From: Candidatus Nomurabacteria bacterium
Lineage (GTDB): Bacteria > Patescibacteriota > Patescibacteriia > UBA1558 > GWA2-36-10
NCBI GenBank assembly: GCA_020632415.1
Contig: JACKFO010000002.1
Location: forward strand, 322,732-386,731
Length of the DNA stretch: 64,000 nucleotides
Direction: 5' to 3'
Position numbers and translations under genes: made by a program. The notes beneath the pieces are model-generated. The model saw only the letters and a program-made list of their open reading frames with translations. It was not told where the DNA came from and did no database searches. This document shows, piece after piece, positions 62,431 through 64,000 of the stretch. Position 1 is the stretch's first letter. Every line of letters starts with the position of its first letter.

Positions 62431-63238
62431 AAAATTTTATTTTATTCAATAAATTATCTAATCTATTCTTAATTTCCGGATGATTAATTTTTACAGTTAA
62501 TTTATCTAGCAAACTTTGCCAGATTAATTTTTTGATCTGAGCTTCTGTCAAAGCACGATTTTGTAAATAAAAACTTTGTTCTGGACTTAAATGACTAATT
62601 TTTGCGGCATGCGAGGCTTTGACTTGATTTGGCTCAACGGACAAACCAGGCGTTAAATTAACTTTAGCCTCTTTTGACCAAATAAAAGCTTCCATTTCCA
62701 AACGGGCTTCTGTATTAATCGCTGCTTTTTTAATCAATAAATCACTAAAATAATTAATCCTGGCTCGATCATCAGCCAAAGTTATGATTTTAATACTTCC
62801 TTCGCCAGCCGGATAAAGAAAATTATTATTTTCTTGCAAACTAAAATGCAAATCATTATTCAAATAAACAAAAACTTGATGCTCTAAATGACTATGACTA
62901 TCTAAATACTGATTTAAACTAAGCTCAGCTGGACTTTGTAAATAAAAATAATAATTATGTAAAACACTATTAATTCCTAATTTGATAACTCTTGCTTCAG
63001 AAAAAAGACTGCCTTGTTGATTTAAAACAAAAACATAGTCTACCAAAACATTATCTTTGATAATAATTTCTGTTTTAAGTTTTTGCTTAAGCTGACTTTC
63101 TTGATCAATCAATTCAAAAACTAAACAGTCTTCACTTAAAACAATTTGTTCTTGCTGTTTTCTGCTACTCTGATCAATGATAATTATTTTTTTATTCAAC
63201 ATATAATTATCCAACGCTCCCTTCCATTTCCAGTTCAA
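62414..63238 (-). CDS. sufD: Fe-S cluster assembly protein SufD (short form)
   Basis: Position between sufB and sufS. C-terminal ISHLSPEQSFYLQNRALTEAQIKKLI motif. Confidence 0.75.
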   Translation of the reverse strand: MNWKWKGALDNYMLNKKIIIIDQSSRKQQEQIVLSEDCLVFELIDQESQLKQKLKTEIIIKDNVLVDYVFVLNQQGSLFSEARVIKLGINSVLHNYYFYLQSPAELSLNQYLDSHSHLEHQVFVYLNNDLHFSLQENNNFLYPAGEGSIKIITLADDRARINYFSDLLIKKAAINTEARLEMEAFIWSKEAKVNLTPGLSVEPNQVKASHAAKISHLSPEQSFYLQNRALTEAQIKKLIWQSLLDKLTVKINHPEIKNRLDNLLNKIKFYEQNS

Positions 63239-64000
63239 TCATTCGATTCATTTCTACTGCGTATTCTAGTGGCAATTCTCGAGTAATTGGCTCAATAAAA
63301 CCATTGACAATCATCTTAGCTGCCTCTTCTTCAGAAAGCCCGCGTGAACGTAAATAAAAAATATCTGTTTCTGAAATTTTTCCAGCCCTTGCTTCGTGAG
63401 CAATGGTTGCCGTTGGATTATCAATCTTCATTTGCGGTATAGTTTCTGTTTTTGAATCATCATCAAGAAGCAAAGCATCGCAATTAACCGTTGCTTTGAT
63501 ATTATCTGCTTTGCCTTTAACTTCTAACAAACCGCGGTAAATAGATTTTCCACCGCCACGGCTAATACTTTTCATCACTATATTTGAACTGGTTTCTGAT
63601 GCTAGGTGAATTACTTTTGCGCCAGTGTCTTGAATTTGCCCAGAGTTAGCAAAGGCCAAGCCCAAATGATCAGCCGAAGCTCCTCGGCCAAGTAAAACAG
63701 AACAAGGATAAAGCATGGTCACATTGGAGCCAAAATTTCCGCCAACCCATTCCATGTGAGCATTTTCAGAAACCATTGCTCGTTTGGTATTCAAATTATA
63801 AGCATCTTTACTCCAACTTTCGACACTACTATAACGAAATCGTGCATTATCTTTGACGTAAATTTCTACACAACCAGCATGTAAAGAATCAACACCATAA
63901 CGTGGCGCCGAACAACCCTCGATATAATGTCCTTGAGCATCACTTTCGATGATAATTAAAGTATGTTCAAATTGTCCCATACCTTTGGCATTCATTCGAA
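63207..64000 (-). CDS. sufB: Fe-S cluster assembly protein SufB, C-terminal part (gene continues beyond right edge)
   Basis: GQFEHTLIIIE..., FYLRSRGLSEEEAAKMIVNGF. The frame stays open to position 64000, so the track Met at 63995 is not the true start. Confidence 0.88.
   Translation of the reverse strand, partial: RMNAKGMGQFEHTLIIIESDAQGHYIEGCSAPRYGVDSLHAGCVEIYVKDNARFRYSSVESWSKDAYNLNTKRAMVSENAHMEWVGGNFGSNVTMLYPCSVLLGRGASADHLGLAFANSGQIQDTGAKVIHLASETSSNIVMKSISRGGGKSIYRGLLEVKGKADNIKATVNCDALLLDDDSKTETIPQMKIDNPTATIAHEARAGKISETDIFYLRSRGLSEEEAAKMIVNGFIEPITRELPLEYAVEMNRMIELEMEGSVG

Overview
The window reads as a streamlined, A+T-rich bacterial chromosome segment. Gene content and style suggest a CPR/Patescibacteria-like organism, which is an inference: many small housekeeping genes, a DUF5671-like protein, a CxxC-x17-CxxC protein, PEGA and cadherin-like surface proteins, and no obvious outer-membrane machinery. 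Recognisable backbone genes are pyrG, rplI, murA, lexA, rpmA, ftsEX, corA, dus, mutM, fba, tpiA, scpAB, aspS, asnS, argS, dnaB, ybaB, recR, rplU and sufBDSU, plus six tRNAs (Gln, Thr x2, Tyr, Asn, Lys). All are intact under the standard code. I saw no rRNA, CRISPR array, transposase, integrase or prophage.

The most unusual signal is compositional. At least eight short G+C-rich segments sit in intergenic gaps between housekeeping genes, at about 4.0, 23.5-25.6, 31.3-32.8, 45.0-45.5, 49.7-50.5, 53.9-54.6, 56.7-57.3 and 60.2-60.8 kb. Each is a complete expression cassette: a near-consensus A+T-rich TTGACA-N17-TATAAT-type promoter, a strong GGAGG-type Shine-Dalgarno, one or more orphan ORFs with G/C-ending codons, and a GC-stem terminator. 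Backbone genes mostly lack any Shine-Dalgarno. The cassette products are secreted proteins (one looks like a beta-barrel porin), polytopic membrane proteins, acidic cytoplasmic orphans and tandem micro-peptides. I recognise no family for any of them.

Other notable items:
- A 1699-aa giant protein in a three-gene operon.
- A candidate Asn-codon leader-peptide attenuator upstream of tRNA-Asn and asnS.
- A GTTC-N7-GTTC candidate LexA operator.
- A GIY-YIG gene wedged between two tRNAs.
- Paralogous glycine-tract surface proteins.

All G+C statements are by-eye estimates from sampled lines. All homology calls are from motif recognition, not searches.
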